Notes: generated by a model from the letters alone, not told the origin. DNA of 64,000 nucleotides from Tubiluchus corallicola (GCA_030141605.1 JAQGDQ010000231.1:124001-188000); one strand, 5' to 3'; positions 41,718 through 54,647 are shown, counted from the first letter of the stretch. A program made the numbers and translations.

Positions 41718-44023
41718 CAGGGCCGGTTTTGAATTGAAACTAGATTTCCCCAATTTAGGACCCTCGCTAAATGAGGCACCGCAGCTTGCATTGCTTGCAT
41801 TACTGAACGAACAAAACGTCTTGTGATTAAAATGAGAGAGAGCACAGGGTTAGTACTGCATGTGTTGTGAATGTAAGCTGTAGGTTATTAAATATATTTG
41901 ACTTAACACCACGGTAACGGTACAATCTGAATGTCTATAGAACCTATGTGGAAACAGCGCGCATTATTGATTATTGGGTGCGTAGGGCTAGTGGCTGATT
42001 GCGTCGTTGTTGGTTAGTACAGGGATGGACAGTGTATTGGATGGTAGATAGTTTGTTGGTAGGATGACAGTAGAAGAGTAATGTTTTGTTTGGTTTGGTT
42101 GAGGAATGATGTGCAGAAAGAAATGAACAAATGAACGAAGCAACCAGCTGAGTAATGCCAGCTCAAGTTGCACATTAGTGCCCAAAGCAACCAAACCACC
42201 AACTACCCCGCCATACAAACGACAATTTGCCAGTTCACAGATATTTAGGAACAGCACACCTTCGGCATATCCCTAAACCTAACCTAAAAGTAATGGAAAC
42301 CGATCAAAATGATGGCAATTAATACCATGCATAATTAAATATTCCTGTTTTGTATAAATCACAATTGATTTTTATTCATTCTATGTTATTGTGACACATT
42401 TTTACATGAAGTCTACACTCAGTCCGGACAGCGTAATGTTCATTTTTAATAAGCTTATTTCTCCCTATATATATATATGTATGTATTTTCCTATCAGCAG
42501 AGTAGCCCATTCATTACAGGCAACACTGAATACTTCACTGTATAATTTATGCTATCACTTTTCGACAAATAAAGATGTATGTATATATATGTAAAGATGT
42601 ATATATATGTATGTACCGTAAAAATTATAGCATAAATTATACAATGAAATATTCAGTGTTGCATGTAATGAATGTGCTAACTGGCAAACATCTGGTGCAA
42701 AACTACCAGTGCAATAGGGGAAGCAATGAAATAAAAAATGATTATGTAACTCTAATTCTAATCCTAACCCTAATTCTAACCCTAACCCTAATCCTAACCC
42801 TAACTCTAACGCTAACCCTAACCCTAACTCTAGCCCTAACTCTAACTCTAACCCTAGCCCTAACCCTAACCCTAACCTAACTCTAACCCTAACTCTAGCT
42901 GTAACCCTAACCCTAACCCTAACTCTAACTCTAACCCTAACCCAATCCGACTAACTACTTACAAATCAAGAAATTGAAACGGACGTTCAGCTCTGCCGTT
43001 AACTTTTTGTTAAACACAACAGTCTCGTCAGCAACAGAACGTTATATTTTTACATATTCAAGTAAAATATAAATTTCTATTCTATTCTATTCAATCGATC
43101 GACATGTGGATAAGTACAAATTACGTCATAAGCAGCAGTTCGATATCAGCACCCAGTGATTCATAACGCTGTTAGTACATGATGCGAAAATTTCAAGTCA
43201 CTAAACATACTAAAAATATGGGCATTTATCTATAATAACTTATAGTCATCTATAATTATGTTAAAATGCACTGCGCATACACATTGCGCACAGTCTATTT
43301 GGCGCTCTGTTAGACGCTAATTCCGTTAACGTAGCGCATATTGCGTGTTGAAAGCCTGCTAATTATATAATTATAACACTTGTACATTATTCTTTTAATG
43401 TACAAAGAATCTTTAAATTTTTTTAGGCTTTTAGAATTTTATTTTTATTTCAGCACAGTAGCATTAAAGCATTTCAGCACACTAAAATTATAGTGTATAT
43501 CTGAAAATTAAGTATAATATGTTGAACGGCTGCACCATGACTGACAATCCTTTAACAACAACTGAAGCACTTTTTGTTTCTATATAGAGAAACGCATAAC
43601 AATAACAAACCACGATATATATGATTAATATTTTCTTATTAATTTTATAGAAATTGGTTTTGTTACAATATGATGAAAGGAACGCAGGCTCAAATATTTT
43701 GGTTATGTAAGCTTATTACCTACATCCACGCTTACTTCGTGAACAGAATTATATATGTTAATATAGCAGTGAGTTACACGACTTTCGTAATAGTGGTGGT
43801 TTGGTAGTATGCTTGTATGCAGGGCGATCCCCTGCGTATCAGCGAGACATAAATCAGGCGATACGGAGAAAAAATTATTCTCAGCTATTTGGAGAGAGGC
43901 TTTTGGGCCGTCAAACGCACTGCCGTTGACTCCTACTGGGGCTAACTTTTTCTAGCTGCAAAGGTCTTAATCAGCTTTTCGTTTCTCCTAAATTCTGACC
44001 CGTATTTTTTAAAACCGGCCCTG
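41718..44023. mobile_element. 2.3-kb non-autonomous hAT element
   Basis: Perfect 13-bp TIRs CAGGGCCGGTTTT / AAAACCGGCCCTG and a perfect 8-bp TSD AACAAGTT (41710-41717 and 44024-44031); no transposase ORF. Confidence 0.9.
42747..42943 (-). repeat. Interstitial telomere-like array, (TTAGGG)n with TTAGAG and CTAGGG variants
   Basis: About 32 hexamers of CCCTAA, CTCTAA and CCCTAG on the + strand. Confidence 0.9.
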
Positions 44024-44959
44024 AACAAGTTTTTGCTTTACACGCTTATTGTTATAGCAACCGTCATATGTCTATATATCTGTCGACGTTCTATAGGATT
44101 TCGTAGCACGCAAGATGACTTTATAGAAAATAATACGGGGCCTGCAACATGACATACAGGAAAACATGTCGATTCCTAGGTATTGTGTTCAGGCAACGAA
44201 TCACTCTGTCAAATTAATGACAGTACGAAATGTACGGATGTACGGTAATCACGTATTGCACTGTTCACTCCATGTTTAATACCTTTTGGAATTCTTTCAA
44301 TATCCGTTGTTTTTCCCTCTGCATAGCTGTCTGTGTCATTTCACAGGCCGCGTAAAACAATCACAAATTACTTACCAGGAGGACGAAACAATTCTGGGTC
44401 AGCCAGTTCAGGAAATAAAATAGGTAACCGTTGTAGTAGCATGTTTCTTTCTATTGTAACTGGATCGTTTTCTAAAAAAAACAGTCCAAACATCGTGAAG
44501 TCCATAAAATTCAAACGCCGATTCACAATTTCATGCTTTCACCAATGGTAATGGTTACCCAGCCTACTGATAAACATGTGTGGACATAATACAAACTAGA
44601 CCTAATGAGTGTTTGTTTAAGTTTAAATTTAAGTTTTTTTTATTTTTGATATAGCGTAAAATCCATGTAAATACGTGCTTGAACGCTGTACAGAAAAAAT
44701 ACAAAAAACAGCACTAAAATATCGACTTAAACCAGCTAAAAAACGAAAGTAAATTTAGTAAAATTAAACTGAAAATGTAGAAAATAGTTATTCCGTTATA
44801 AAATGGTTAATGAATCCATTAGGAAGAGACAGTTTACTGTATATTAGATTTCATTTTGAAACGTAAGAATCACAGTAAAACTTTACGTGTTCAGTCACAA
44901 TAATACCAATAAAATTCAGTTTGGTTATAAACTCCAAAACTATAATCAATTATACGATT

Positions 44960-45520
44960 GCATGAACAAATGAGTCTTTAAAAGGTGTCTAAACGTTTTT
45001 TCAAAATTTTTGCAGGACCTGATTCCGTACGGAAGAGCATTCCAAAGACTGAGGCTACTAGAACTAAAAGAACGGTTTTGAACGGTTTGAACCATGTTAA
45101 GTTTATACCCAGGTTGAAACAGTAAAGGCTTTCGTTTGATCTTAGCCTGTAAGATGAACGTCGTAAAGAAAGAAGTTCACAGATGTACTGAGGGGCATCA
45201 TTATTTAATGCTCGAGACAAAAGAATTAAAATTTTAAAAATAATACGGTATTTGACGTGTAATCAATGCAGAGGATAGAAATGAAGTTAACATTTGTTAT
45301 AAGACGTGTAGCATTATTTTGTTGCAATTTAGGGTTACTATAATTTTGTAAACCACAAAACAGGCTATTTTCATAGTCAAGTTGAGACTTTACCAGACTA
45401 TGCACGAAAATGACAGTAGAATCCCTGTCTAAGTGTTTTCTAATCTGTCTCAACTTATACAGAATAAGTCGCTTTCCTGCAAATTTTGTCTACGTGTTTT
45501 AAAAAGCTGACATCCACATA
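44960..45520 (-). mobile_element. L2-like LINE ORF2 C-terminal fragment
   Basis: RQIRKHLDRDSTVIFVHSLVKSQLDYENSLFCGL..KLQ..NNATRLIT and ALNNDAPQYICELL..YRLRS, typical of L2 C-terminal regions. Confidence 0.8.
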
Positions 45521-45729
45521 AAAGCCTGACATTTTACATCCACCAACTACAATATGGTTAATCATTAACCATAATCTGTATAATATGTTGTTTACTATGT
45601 ATGTTGTGCATAGTAGCATTTTAGAGTAATTTTTATTCTTTTACTGTGTAATGTGATGTCTTCATGTTTTAAATGGTTTTTATGCTGAAATAAAGTGATA
45701 AAAATAATCTAATTTAATCATACTCTTAC

Positions 45730-46035
45730 CAGGAGGTTGCCTATCAGGCTGCTGAAGAGTAACCCCAGAAAAACTTGGGTCTCCATTTACCATAAGAGCA
45801 GGATTATCTTGTTGTCCGTTAGCAGGATCTAGCATAAACGTTTCTTCGTTTCTTTGTTGCTGTTCTATGGCGTCATCTTGTAGCTGAGTCTGTATTGGCA
45901 TTTCTTCAGTTCCACTCGAAAATGAAAAAACTGGGTGATTGTACGGAATATCATCGAAACTTAACTGTTGTTGTTCATCCAAAAATATCAAGCGCTCACG
46001 TTCTTCATCTGATTCAAAACCCTGATTAGAACCAC
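45730..46035 (-). CDS. Putative collagen N-terminal acidic, Gln-rich exon (102 codons, symmetric phase 1)
   Basis: TTACTGTAG acceptor, CTG|GTAAGA donor; open frame GSNQGFESDEERERLIFLDEQQQ...QQPDRQPP; its phase-1 donor joins in frame to either collagen exon. Confidence 0.7.
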
Positions 46036-46494
46036 CTACAGTAATTATAAATTAAATGAGTAAATCGGCAAATTAATGTACATAAACTATTAGAATAACT
46101 TTTACATAAATTTGTTACTTGTCTAATATTAAGCGATAGATGAAACACTTCTGTTCTAAACACTTAGTAAGTTCATAATATTTTTTGACCTCATACAAAA
46201 CGAATAATGCCATCAGAGTCACAAATATCAAGATTTATTGTTATAAAACATGGACATGCTGTGAAAAGCTTTGGTTTTGTTTGGCTTGGTTTACTCTGGT
46301 TTAATTTCGTTACAATTCAATTCAATTCAATCTCAGTTTTATTTCAGATATAAAAGCGTCCAGAAAGTTAGTTACACATCAGACAGCCTGAAGCATCTCA
46401 GATAGGTATTATCACACATTTCAAGGATCGATTTTAAGGAAAATGAACGTTTCCTTGTTAATACATCAAAATAGTACGGTTTACTGTCATTTAC

Positions 46495-46531
46495 CTTGCA
46501 ACTGCAGTGATAAGGCAGAGAAAACAATTTC
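46495..46531 (-). CDS. Candidate 37-nt micro-exon (EIVFSALSLQLQ-G), possibly the end of a signal peptide
   Basis: GTTTACTAG acceptor and CAAG|GTAAAT phase-1 donor compatible with exon 45730-46035; the ATG-containing exon was not identified. Confidence 0.3.
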
Positions 46532-47617
46532 CTAGTAAACAACAGTGACTAAAATTTCTTATAAGAATATTAGCTCCAGGTACTAGCATACATTTCTGTC
46601 GTCTAACATCATTACTATGACTGCCAGTGATGTGAATAATATCTCAGATATTTTTCTGTAGAGGCAGACTTGATAACATTACCATTGTAGGGCATACCAC
46701 CAATAAGGACTGGTTTGATTTTGCTTTGCTTTGCCTAGTTTTCTGGCTTAGTTGGGTTTCTTCAGTCTGTTTAAAGTTGTTTTACTGGGCTTTCGTAATC
46801 GGGCCGAATTTACGTCAAAATTCACTTCTTTCTGACGGCCTTGATTCACTTCTTCACACTAGACTAGCTACGTTACTACCAAAACAACGTATTCTGGTAC
46901 TCTGTTCATTAACTGTCATCAAGTCTAACCGGTACAGAAAAGTGATACTTTACATGGCCATGCATAGCAGACTTTGATAAACTCTGTATCTTAAATAAGC
47001 GAAAATGTGGCCATATTTAAATAAAAGTTAACAGTAAACGTTTTCACCGGACAATGGACGATCAATCTGTATACAACAAAACATTGCTAAAAGCTGATTC
47101 GGGGGCTTTTTATGCATTTTAGTCCCTGTAAAAGTTCATATGCACTAGCGTTTAGGAACCACAATATTGTAAAATTTATGTACTGTTGCATTACGAAAAA
47201 TGTAGTACAGTTGCCTAAACGTCACTATATTTTATTACAGTAATCACAATGTGCTTAGTTTTTTAGCCAAAGGATTTATTACGAACGTGTTAGATGAAGT
47301 TTACATTAAAGCAAGTGAGTATGTAAATAAATTTCGAAAATAAATTTTTTGTTATTCCTACACCTTAAGTTGAAGACAGGACTTCCATGAATGGTATAGC
47401 AACAAACGTAAAGAATAACAACAAAAGGCCATACAAATTTGTGTCAGTAAAGGAAAATGTAGGTAGGTAGATATATAGATAGATAGATAGGTAGGTAGGT
47501 AAGCAGGTAGGTAGGTAGGTGGATAGATAGGTAGGCACGTAGGTAGGTAGGTAGGTAAGTAGGTAGATAAATAGGTAAGTAGATAGGTTGGTTGGTAGAT
47601 AGGTATGTGGGCATGTA

Positions 47618-47737
47618 GACTACGGCCAAATCACGTTGAAAACACCGGTTCTGGTCTGATCACCGAAGATAAGCAACGTAGAGCCTGGTTAGTGCTTGGA
47701 TGGGTGACCACCTAGGAATACCAGGTGCTGTAGGCTT
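47618..47737 (+). rRNA. Full-length 5S rRNA-like sequence (SINE head or pseudogene copy rather than an array gene)
   Basis: GACTACGGCCAAATCACGTTGAAAACACCGGTTCTGGTCTGATCACCGAAGATAAGCAACG...TTGGATGGGTGACC...GTGCTGTAGGCTT matches the invertebrate 5S pattern with box A and box C-like motifs; lacks a downstream oligo-T. Confidence 0.8.
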
Positions 47738-48163
47738 GCGGGATGCCCACACTGTATCTCGACACTAGGCGAAGGAGCTGGACAAGCAGCCAACGGCTAT
47801 AGGGCGGAGGAGGTCAAGTGACCCAACGGCCTTGTGCAGAGGAGTAAACCTTCCAAATCAGGAGTGGAGCCCCGAAGGCGGACCAGTGCAGCATGCTCAC
47901 TGACTCCGGCAGCTCCTGCGGCCAACCTGGTTTCCAAACGTATCGCTCCGCTTTCCTTTGGACTACATCAGCGATGAAGAGAGGGGGTTCCTGTTGTCTG
48001 GGCAACTCAGGATCTCCATACACCTTGCCCAGGCGTGCGCCCTGGAGACGTTCAAGGATCGCACTGCTCAGCCACAGTCGCGGCTGCAGCTCCATCAATG
48101 TGATCAATAACTGACTCTCTTGGCGCACACTCCATTGTCTTCCGAGACAGAAGGATGCCAACC
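47618..48163 (+). mobile_element. 5S rRNA-derived SINE (SINE3 type), 546 bp
   Basis: Full 120-nt 5S head plus a 426-nt GC-rich body, flanked by the 13-bp TSD ATGTGGGCATGTA (47605-47617 and 48164-48176); no TTTT Pol III terminator inside. Confidence 0.88.
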
Positions 48164-49099
48164 ATGTGGGCATGTAGGAAGGTAGGTAGGTAGGTAGGTA
48201 GGTAGGTAGGTAGGTACGCAGCTAGGTCGGTACGTAGGTAGGTAAGTAACTAAGTAAGTAGGCAGGTAGGTAGGTAGGTAGGTAGGTAGGTAGGTAGGTA
48301 GGTAGGTAGGTAGGTAGGTAGGTAGGTAGGTAGGTAGGTAGGTAGGTAGGCAGGTATTTAGGTATGTAGGTAGGTAGGTATTTAGGTATGTAGGTATGTA
48401 GGTAGTTAGGTAGCTAGGCAGGTAGGTAGGTAGGTAGGTAGATAGATAGGTAGGGAAGTGGGTGAGTAGTAAGTTAGGTAGATAGATAGGTAGGTTGGTA
48501 GGTAAGTAGGTAGGTAGGTAGGTATTTAGGTATGTAGGTAGGTAGGCAGCTAGGCAGGTAGGTAGGTAGGTAGATAGGTAGGTAGGTATAGATATAGGTA
48601 ATTGTAGATATAGACAGTAAAATATTTAAATATTTCAATGTTTCAAATTTTTAGTTTAAGTGTTGTTATCTTTGTTTGTATTAAGAACATATACTGTAAA
48701 ATTGTATTGCTGAGCGAATAAATAAATATTTAAATACGTGTATCAAAGTATATTATTGTACGAACTTTGGTCGATTTCGCCTCCGAGTTGTGCTTGCACG
48801 ATTCCGAATAGAGAAGGTAGAATTAAAATTAAAACTCGGCGTTGCGCTACTCCCATCATCGTGTTAGAATGGCTATAAAAAGGAAATGCAAAATAAAAAA
48901 TAATGATGATACTCTTTTAGCAAACATGTACGAATTGAATCCCATTTATTGACCAACATAATTTGTAGTTAACAATTACAAAATCGTGTCTCGGAGTAAC
49001 ACATTATGCTCGACGTAATTATATTGGTCCAAGTCAGATAGTGTACGTGCAATCATCATTAATTAATCAGTTAGTACTTTACAACGTAAAATTACCAAT

Positions 49100-49866
49100 A
49101 TAGTATAATATATCAGAGCTGCAGCTAGAATTAGCATTGTTGTGACTAAAAACTGGTTGCAAACTCTTAAAGTTGTTGGACGATAAAGGTATTCCAGCTA
49201 AACGACTTCCGATAGAGAGCACTCACATATTACATGAAACTCGGACTGAAATGGCGAATTCACGCCATTACAGAAACATATCCTGTTTTGTCTAAGGGTT
49301 CTCGACCTGCCCATCTCGATGCGGAGATTGTGAGCAGAAAGCCGAGATCTGCTGCAGAAAATTCGATTGGTCATTAATGTTAGTTCGTGTCATATAAACA
49401 TTATGCGTCTTGAGTTCAGGATTGCATAGTTTGTATACATTAATTTTACTGCTTTCACTGTTTGCAGAAATTAAACCTTTACTTTTCGCAAAATCTTTTT
49501 TAACATGATCAAGTTCTTCAGTGCTATTGCTTGTGTACGTAACCACAGAACAGCGATGTTCTGACGCTAAGTTATATGCAAATAACAAAGGAGCATATTT
49601 GTCAGGTTTACTAAAGACTTTTCTAAAAAAATCTAGTTTGTTGACGTTTACATGTACTAATGATGATGGAAGCCCGATGACAGTTCTTTAGACAACCCAT
49701 GTACACTGTCGTCTCCAGTTTCAGATTTTGAGTTAAACACGCCTCACATCCGTACAAATTGGATGAAGTTAAGGCACTCCTTAACAAGTTCAAGTACAAA
49801 GCTTAAAAGTTCTTTAACCCAGAACGGGCCAGAATGCCAGATTCGTTTTTATAAAGGCTGCATATT
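49100..49866 (-). mobile_element. Older CR1/L2-group LINE, 3' part (host of the nested insertion)
   Basis: Remnants LYGCEA, RLSAHNLRIEMGR, RICFC and EFHVICEC; continues the RT fragment at 54961-55400. Confidence 0.75.
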
Positions 49867-49870
49867 AAAG

Positions 49871-49963
<93 letters not shown>

Positions 49964-50005
49964 ATTATTATTATTATTATTATTGTTATTATTATTATTA
50001 TTATT
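49871..50005. repeat. (TTA)n microsatellite, the expanded (TAA)n 3' tail of the minus-strand LINE
   Basis: About 44 triplets directly abutting the TSD. Confidence 0.92.
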
Positions 50006-50174
50006 TATTTTGAGCATATAAATACATACATATATACATGCGTCCTCTATTTGCAGGGCTATAACAGTTAACAGTATTTACATTGCATATTTAACAACTT
50101 ACAATAGCAATGCTAACATTGTATTATTATCATTACCTTCCTAACTGACATTGATAACAATTTCCTAAAATTAA

Positions 50175-53100
50175 TTAATCCCGTTTGGTTAGTGACAAAA
50201 TAAAATTATCTAACAAGATCATTGTTAACAGATAATTGGCAAAGTTAATTAAAATCAGATTATCACGACAAGTTAACATATAATTAACATCCTGGTGCTG
50301 TAAAATGCTTACAAAGTTTTCTCGTTTAATGCAACTTACGAATTTACATTCAAACAACAGATGATGTGGGGTTTGCCTCCCCTCTAAACACTGGCACATA
50401 TTATTGTCTGCATAACCAATATTGAATAGAAAATCATTAAAATTGCCTTGACCTGTTAGAAATGTGCAGACTAAAACCTCAAGTTTTCTATTATCTCTTT
50501 GTACAGGAATATTCAAGGGAGCTGTACTTAAACAATATGGATAAACTGGAGATGCCCCACAAAGATATCTGTTGCGGCACTTACATTTCCATATCATATA
50601 TAATTAAGAATATCACTTTTATTATATTTAATGACTGCCTCGTGGATTTCTCGTAAATATCAATTTCGGGCAGTAAAATCTTTAGTTATTCTTAAAAATT
50701 CATTAGTCGCCAATAAAGCCAAACGTAAAAAGTGCCTGTTTAGCGGTATAGGACTGTTATTTAGTCGAAACAAATTTAATTTTACTAGATCACTGTTCGG
50801 CATTGACAAAGTTTTTAAGATAAATTTCGTTGTTAAGCATTTCCACATAATTTCTAAAGGCGGCAATCCACATATTAATTCCAACTTGTTCGGGATGGGT
50901 GGAAGCGACAATCTGTCGCAGTTTTAATAACGTCATAAATTAGGTCGTCAAAGAACGCATGTTTACAAGCCGTCTAAGCAGTGGCACCATATAAATTAAT
51001 AGGTAATGCCAGTGCTTTAAACAATGCAGTTACTGTCATCAAACTAAAACCTTTATACAAATAAGATATACGTCGAATTATCATCCATCTGTTCCAAGCC
51101 TTCTTTCTAACATTATTAATGTGTTTACTGAATGTTAATGAGTTATCTATGGTGACTCCCAAAATTTGGCTATCTTTAACGTAATTTATGTCAACATTTC
51201 CAATATTTAATTTATCTGTCAAATTATCCATAGAAAAAGGAATAACTTCTGTTTTACCAGGTGCACAGTTTAAAATTAAACGCCAGCGATGACACCAGTT
51301 ATAGAGCAGATTACAACAGGTTTGAGCTAGCCTAATTGTTTCTGTGCCACTATCACCAGTTACATAAATAGTACCATCAAAGCGTACTTAAAACAGTCAA
51401 CACTGTCAACTCTAGTAATTTCACGAGGGATATCTGCAGTATAAAAAATAATCAATAAAGGGGAGATTACAGAGCATTGTGGTAATCCTACTTTGCAATT
51501 ATATGATTGTGATGTGAAGTCACCAAGTCTAACATTTACCCTCCTGTTATATAAAAGATTTCTTATTAAATGTAGAATTTTACCATTTAAATTTGCGTTA
51601 CTTAATTTGTACATAAGTCCATCGAGCCAGACACTGTCAAATGCTCGTTGAAAATCACAGCCAACTGCTAAACCGGGCAAATTTTGTAATAGATTATCTT
51701 GAATGCATGAAATTAAACGCACTAAATACCTATTGGTGTTATGTTTTTTCACAAATCCTTCCTGCTCTTCATCTATCAAGTCATGTTCCAAAAAGAAATG
51801 TCTTAATCTATTAGCTTTTAATCGTTCAGTGAATTTATCAAAGTACGAAAACTTGAAGGATCTGCGTAATTTTCTTTTCCTTCTTTAAGTATAAAAATCA
51901 TTTTAAACTGGGTCCATGGCCACATCCCCGTATTCAAGCTTAAATTTGATAGATGTAAAATCACACACCTTGCCAAAAACCCTAGATGCTTAAGCATTAA
52001 TGGATGAAAGCCATCAGCATACAGCAGCTACAATTTCAGACATTGTAAGATCACAATTCAAAAAATTTACAACACTACTAGCATTATTAAAAACATCCAA
52101 TAAATTATCCAATACTGATCGTTTCCATCTTTCATCAAAATCTGCATTTAAGACATGGTCGCCACTTAAAAAAACTTCTATGGAAAACATCACAAATATC
52201 CTCTTTTTCAGTATAAATTGTCCCATTTAGCTCTAGCATGCAGATATCTGGGGGTTTCTTCGGACAAAAGATCTTTTTGTAGCATTTCTAAAATTTGCTG
52301 TTAGTCTTTGGGTTAAGGGAAGCACATTTTTCGTAAAACCACTTATCAGCAGTTTTCTGCAGCTCCTCTTCAAACACACTTTTTGCTTGTTCGTGTGCCC
52401 ATTTATTTGTGTAATTCGAGCATCTCGGGTAATTCTTCCTCAGCTATCGTAGCTCATTAGATAAGTTGCTCAAGTGTTGCGACCAAAAAGGTTTTGAATG
52501 AGAACAAATACTTTCAGTTGACGAAGTTTCCGCGTTTGTTTCAGTCAACAGTGTTTTAAAAACACGCCACAATTCAATTTGGTCACGATTATTCACAATT
52601 TCATTAATTTGTGGGAAAGCTTGCCTTATTTTAGCCTCTAAATTTGAGCACCATACTGTCCAATTACAAGACTTAAAATCATATACGGTCTCAATATTCT
52701 TTGTTTCACGAAATTTAACGGCAAAATCAGTACTGACCGGGAAGTGACCCATGTTTGGCGAGCCAGTAAAAAGTTAAACGGTTTCGTGCACTAATGAAGA
52801 TGAAATGATCAAGTCTATGCTACTTTAACCGTTATAAGAACTAAATGTTTCTGATCTTGGCGCAGTGATACACATCTACCTATTACAGTTAACAATGAAG
52901 CTTGTCAGGATGCTACCATGGTTATTAGTCTTGCTATCCCGCAAGAAATCTCCCGTAGTTATAATCACCCACAGCCATATACCCGTAGAAACCGTGTTTC
53001 TGTGAATAATCATGAACTTTTTCTAATGATGCAAGAAATTGTCTCAGTTGATTAGGTGATTCAGGAGGAATGTAAACAGACGCTACCAAGATATTTACTC

Positions 53101-53390
53101 CTGTAACCTGGACTAAAACCCACAGAGAGTCAGTTGAGTTGTCTTCTAAATTTCTGATTCTGCAACACGTGTATTGATTATGAACAAACAAAGCACAGCC
53201 GCCACGGGTGGGTCTAGAGATTTTAGAAAATGGTGTGTAATTAGTTAATTCTAAGTCATTATCATTTACTACTTTAGTTTCTTGTACGTCTGTGACATCA
53301 TATCTGGCTTGGTTCACGTAATTGTCAAGAGCAAGCTTGGAACGTACGGAAAAATAATTTATATTAATTTGGCAAACCGTCAAATGTTTA
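50175..53390 (-). pseudogene. LINE ORF2 (AP endonuclease, reverse transcriptase, C-terminal zinc finger), disrupted
   Basis: VCQININ..VQETK..VASVYIPP..VGDYN (endonuclease); EQEGF, DFQRAFDSVW, GLPQCSVISPLL, KYA.DGT, ILGVTIDNSLTF (RT); no RNase H recognised. Confidence 0.9.
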
Positions 53391-53403
53391 TCACTGCTTG
53401 TTA

Positions 53404-54647
53404 TTATGAACGGTTAAGACGATTCAGCTCTTCTACGTATCTTGGGCAACTTTTCTCCCATACTTGATGCTCTCCTTTACAATTGGCGCAGAAAACATTT
53501 TCCGATTTGCACTCATTTGTTTTGTGTTATGAACAACATTTTTCACACATTGAGTGATTCCCACACCATTTTGCAACATGGTTGTATTGCTGACATTTGA
53601 AGCATCTTAATGGCCTAGCTTCGTTTATAAATTTTTCCACTGAACAATAAATTTGACCAATTGGTATACCATATTCTATCGCCATGTCCAGATCTTCTTC
53701 GGAGTCAAATTTTACTTTGACTAACGGTAGGTAGGCACCAGTTTTATTTTCAAAACCCTTTGCTGCAACATTGGGAAATCTCGTTTGAATATCAGATTCT
53801 ACTTCTTTATCTGAAAGCCCCGTATCAACGTCTCTGATTAATCCTACGTACTGAGTGACCGGTTTCCTGGCTTTTGTACCAGCACCTAAGTTTCTCGTTC
53901 TCCAGGCTTCAACAATTTCATCAGCAGTTTCTTCGTCTTCTAGCTGTATTTGAATTTTCCCCCAAGCTGTTTTGTAAGCTGTCACAAATTTAGTACGAGG
54001 GAATAATTGACTCAATTTTTACTTAATTGTCATGCTGCCTTGAACAATTTTTCTATCTTTGACATTTTCAATCAGGACTGTCCTATTAGGATCATATCGT
54101 ACTTCCTTTGCTGTAACTGGTAAATTGCGATTGTGGCATGTTAGACTTCACTATTCCACTGTACGAGGTTTGTCCCCGCCCTGGGGACTCATTTTGGACA
54201 ATAATATTTACAGTTTTGTCTATTTTTCGAAGTACTTGGCTCATTTCTGTCAATTTGTTATTTGCCAAACAACCACCTTTTTCACCACGCATAACATTGA
54301 TTACCTCTTGAATTTTTGTCGAATCATTTTTTCTCTTTTTCTATTAATTTTTTCGCCTGGGCTTTCATTTCTGATAGCGTGGTAAATGTATTACTAATTC
54401 CTATCTGAGTCCTATTACCCTCCGTATCAACACCATGATCGCCGCCCTGCAACTTAGCGCCATCTATTAGTAACAGATCGTCTGAATCAAGTTCCTGGGG
54501 ATGTTGCTCATTATGTTTATTCCAGCATTTATCACATGCCACTGCTATTATACTTCGCAACCCGATAGACTTGTCTTTCTTCCTGCAGATTTCACAGCTT
54601 TTTCTTAAAGCTGCCTGGCGACTATCAATAGAGTCGTCGTCCCCCAT
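53404..54647 (-). pseudogene. LINE ORF1 (gag-like), disrupted
   Basis: CFKCQQYNHVAKWC, CEKCCS*HKTNEC and CANCKGEHQVWEKSC knuckles; N-terminal CEIC..CDKC Cys cluster. Confidence 0.85.

Larger units (their letters stand above)
47458..48600. repeat. (TAGG)n/(TAGA)n microsatellite split by a SINE insertion
   Basis: Arrays at about 47458-47604 and 48177-48600. Confidence 0.95.

Noticed and set aside
42747-42943. True chromosome end or fusion scar
   Set aside because: Short, degenerate, single orientation and internal to a TSD-flanked element.
47618-47737. Functional 5S rRNA gene
   Set aside because: Single copy, no oligo-T terminator, several departures from the usual consensus, and enclosed with extra sequence by a TSD.
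47900-47960. HDV-like ribozyme core (TCCGGC-AGC-TCCTGCG-GCC) in the SINE body
   Set aside because: No downstream P2 partner (GCCGGA) or convincing P1 pairing found by eye.
49763-50071. Poly-isoleucine ORF
   Set aside because: Translation of the (TTA)n LINE tail.
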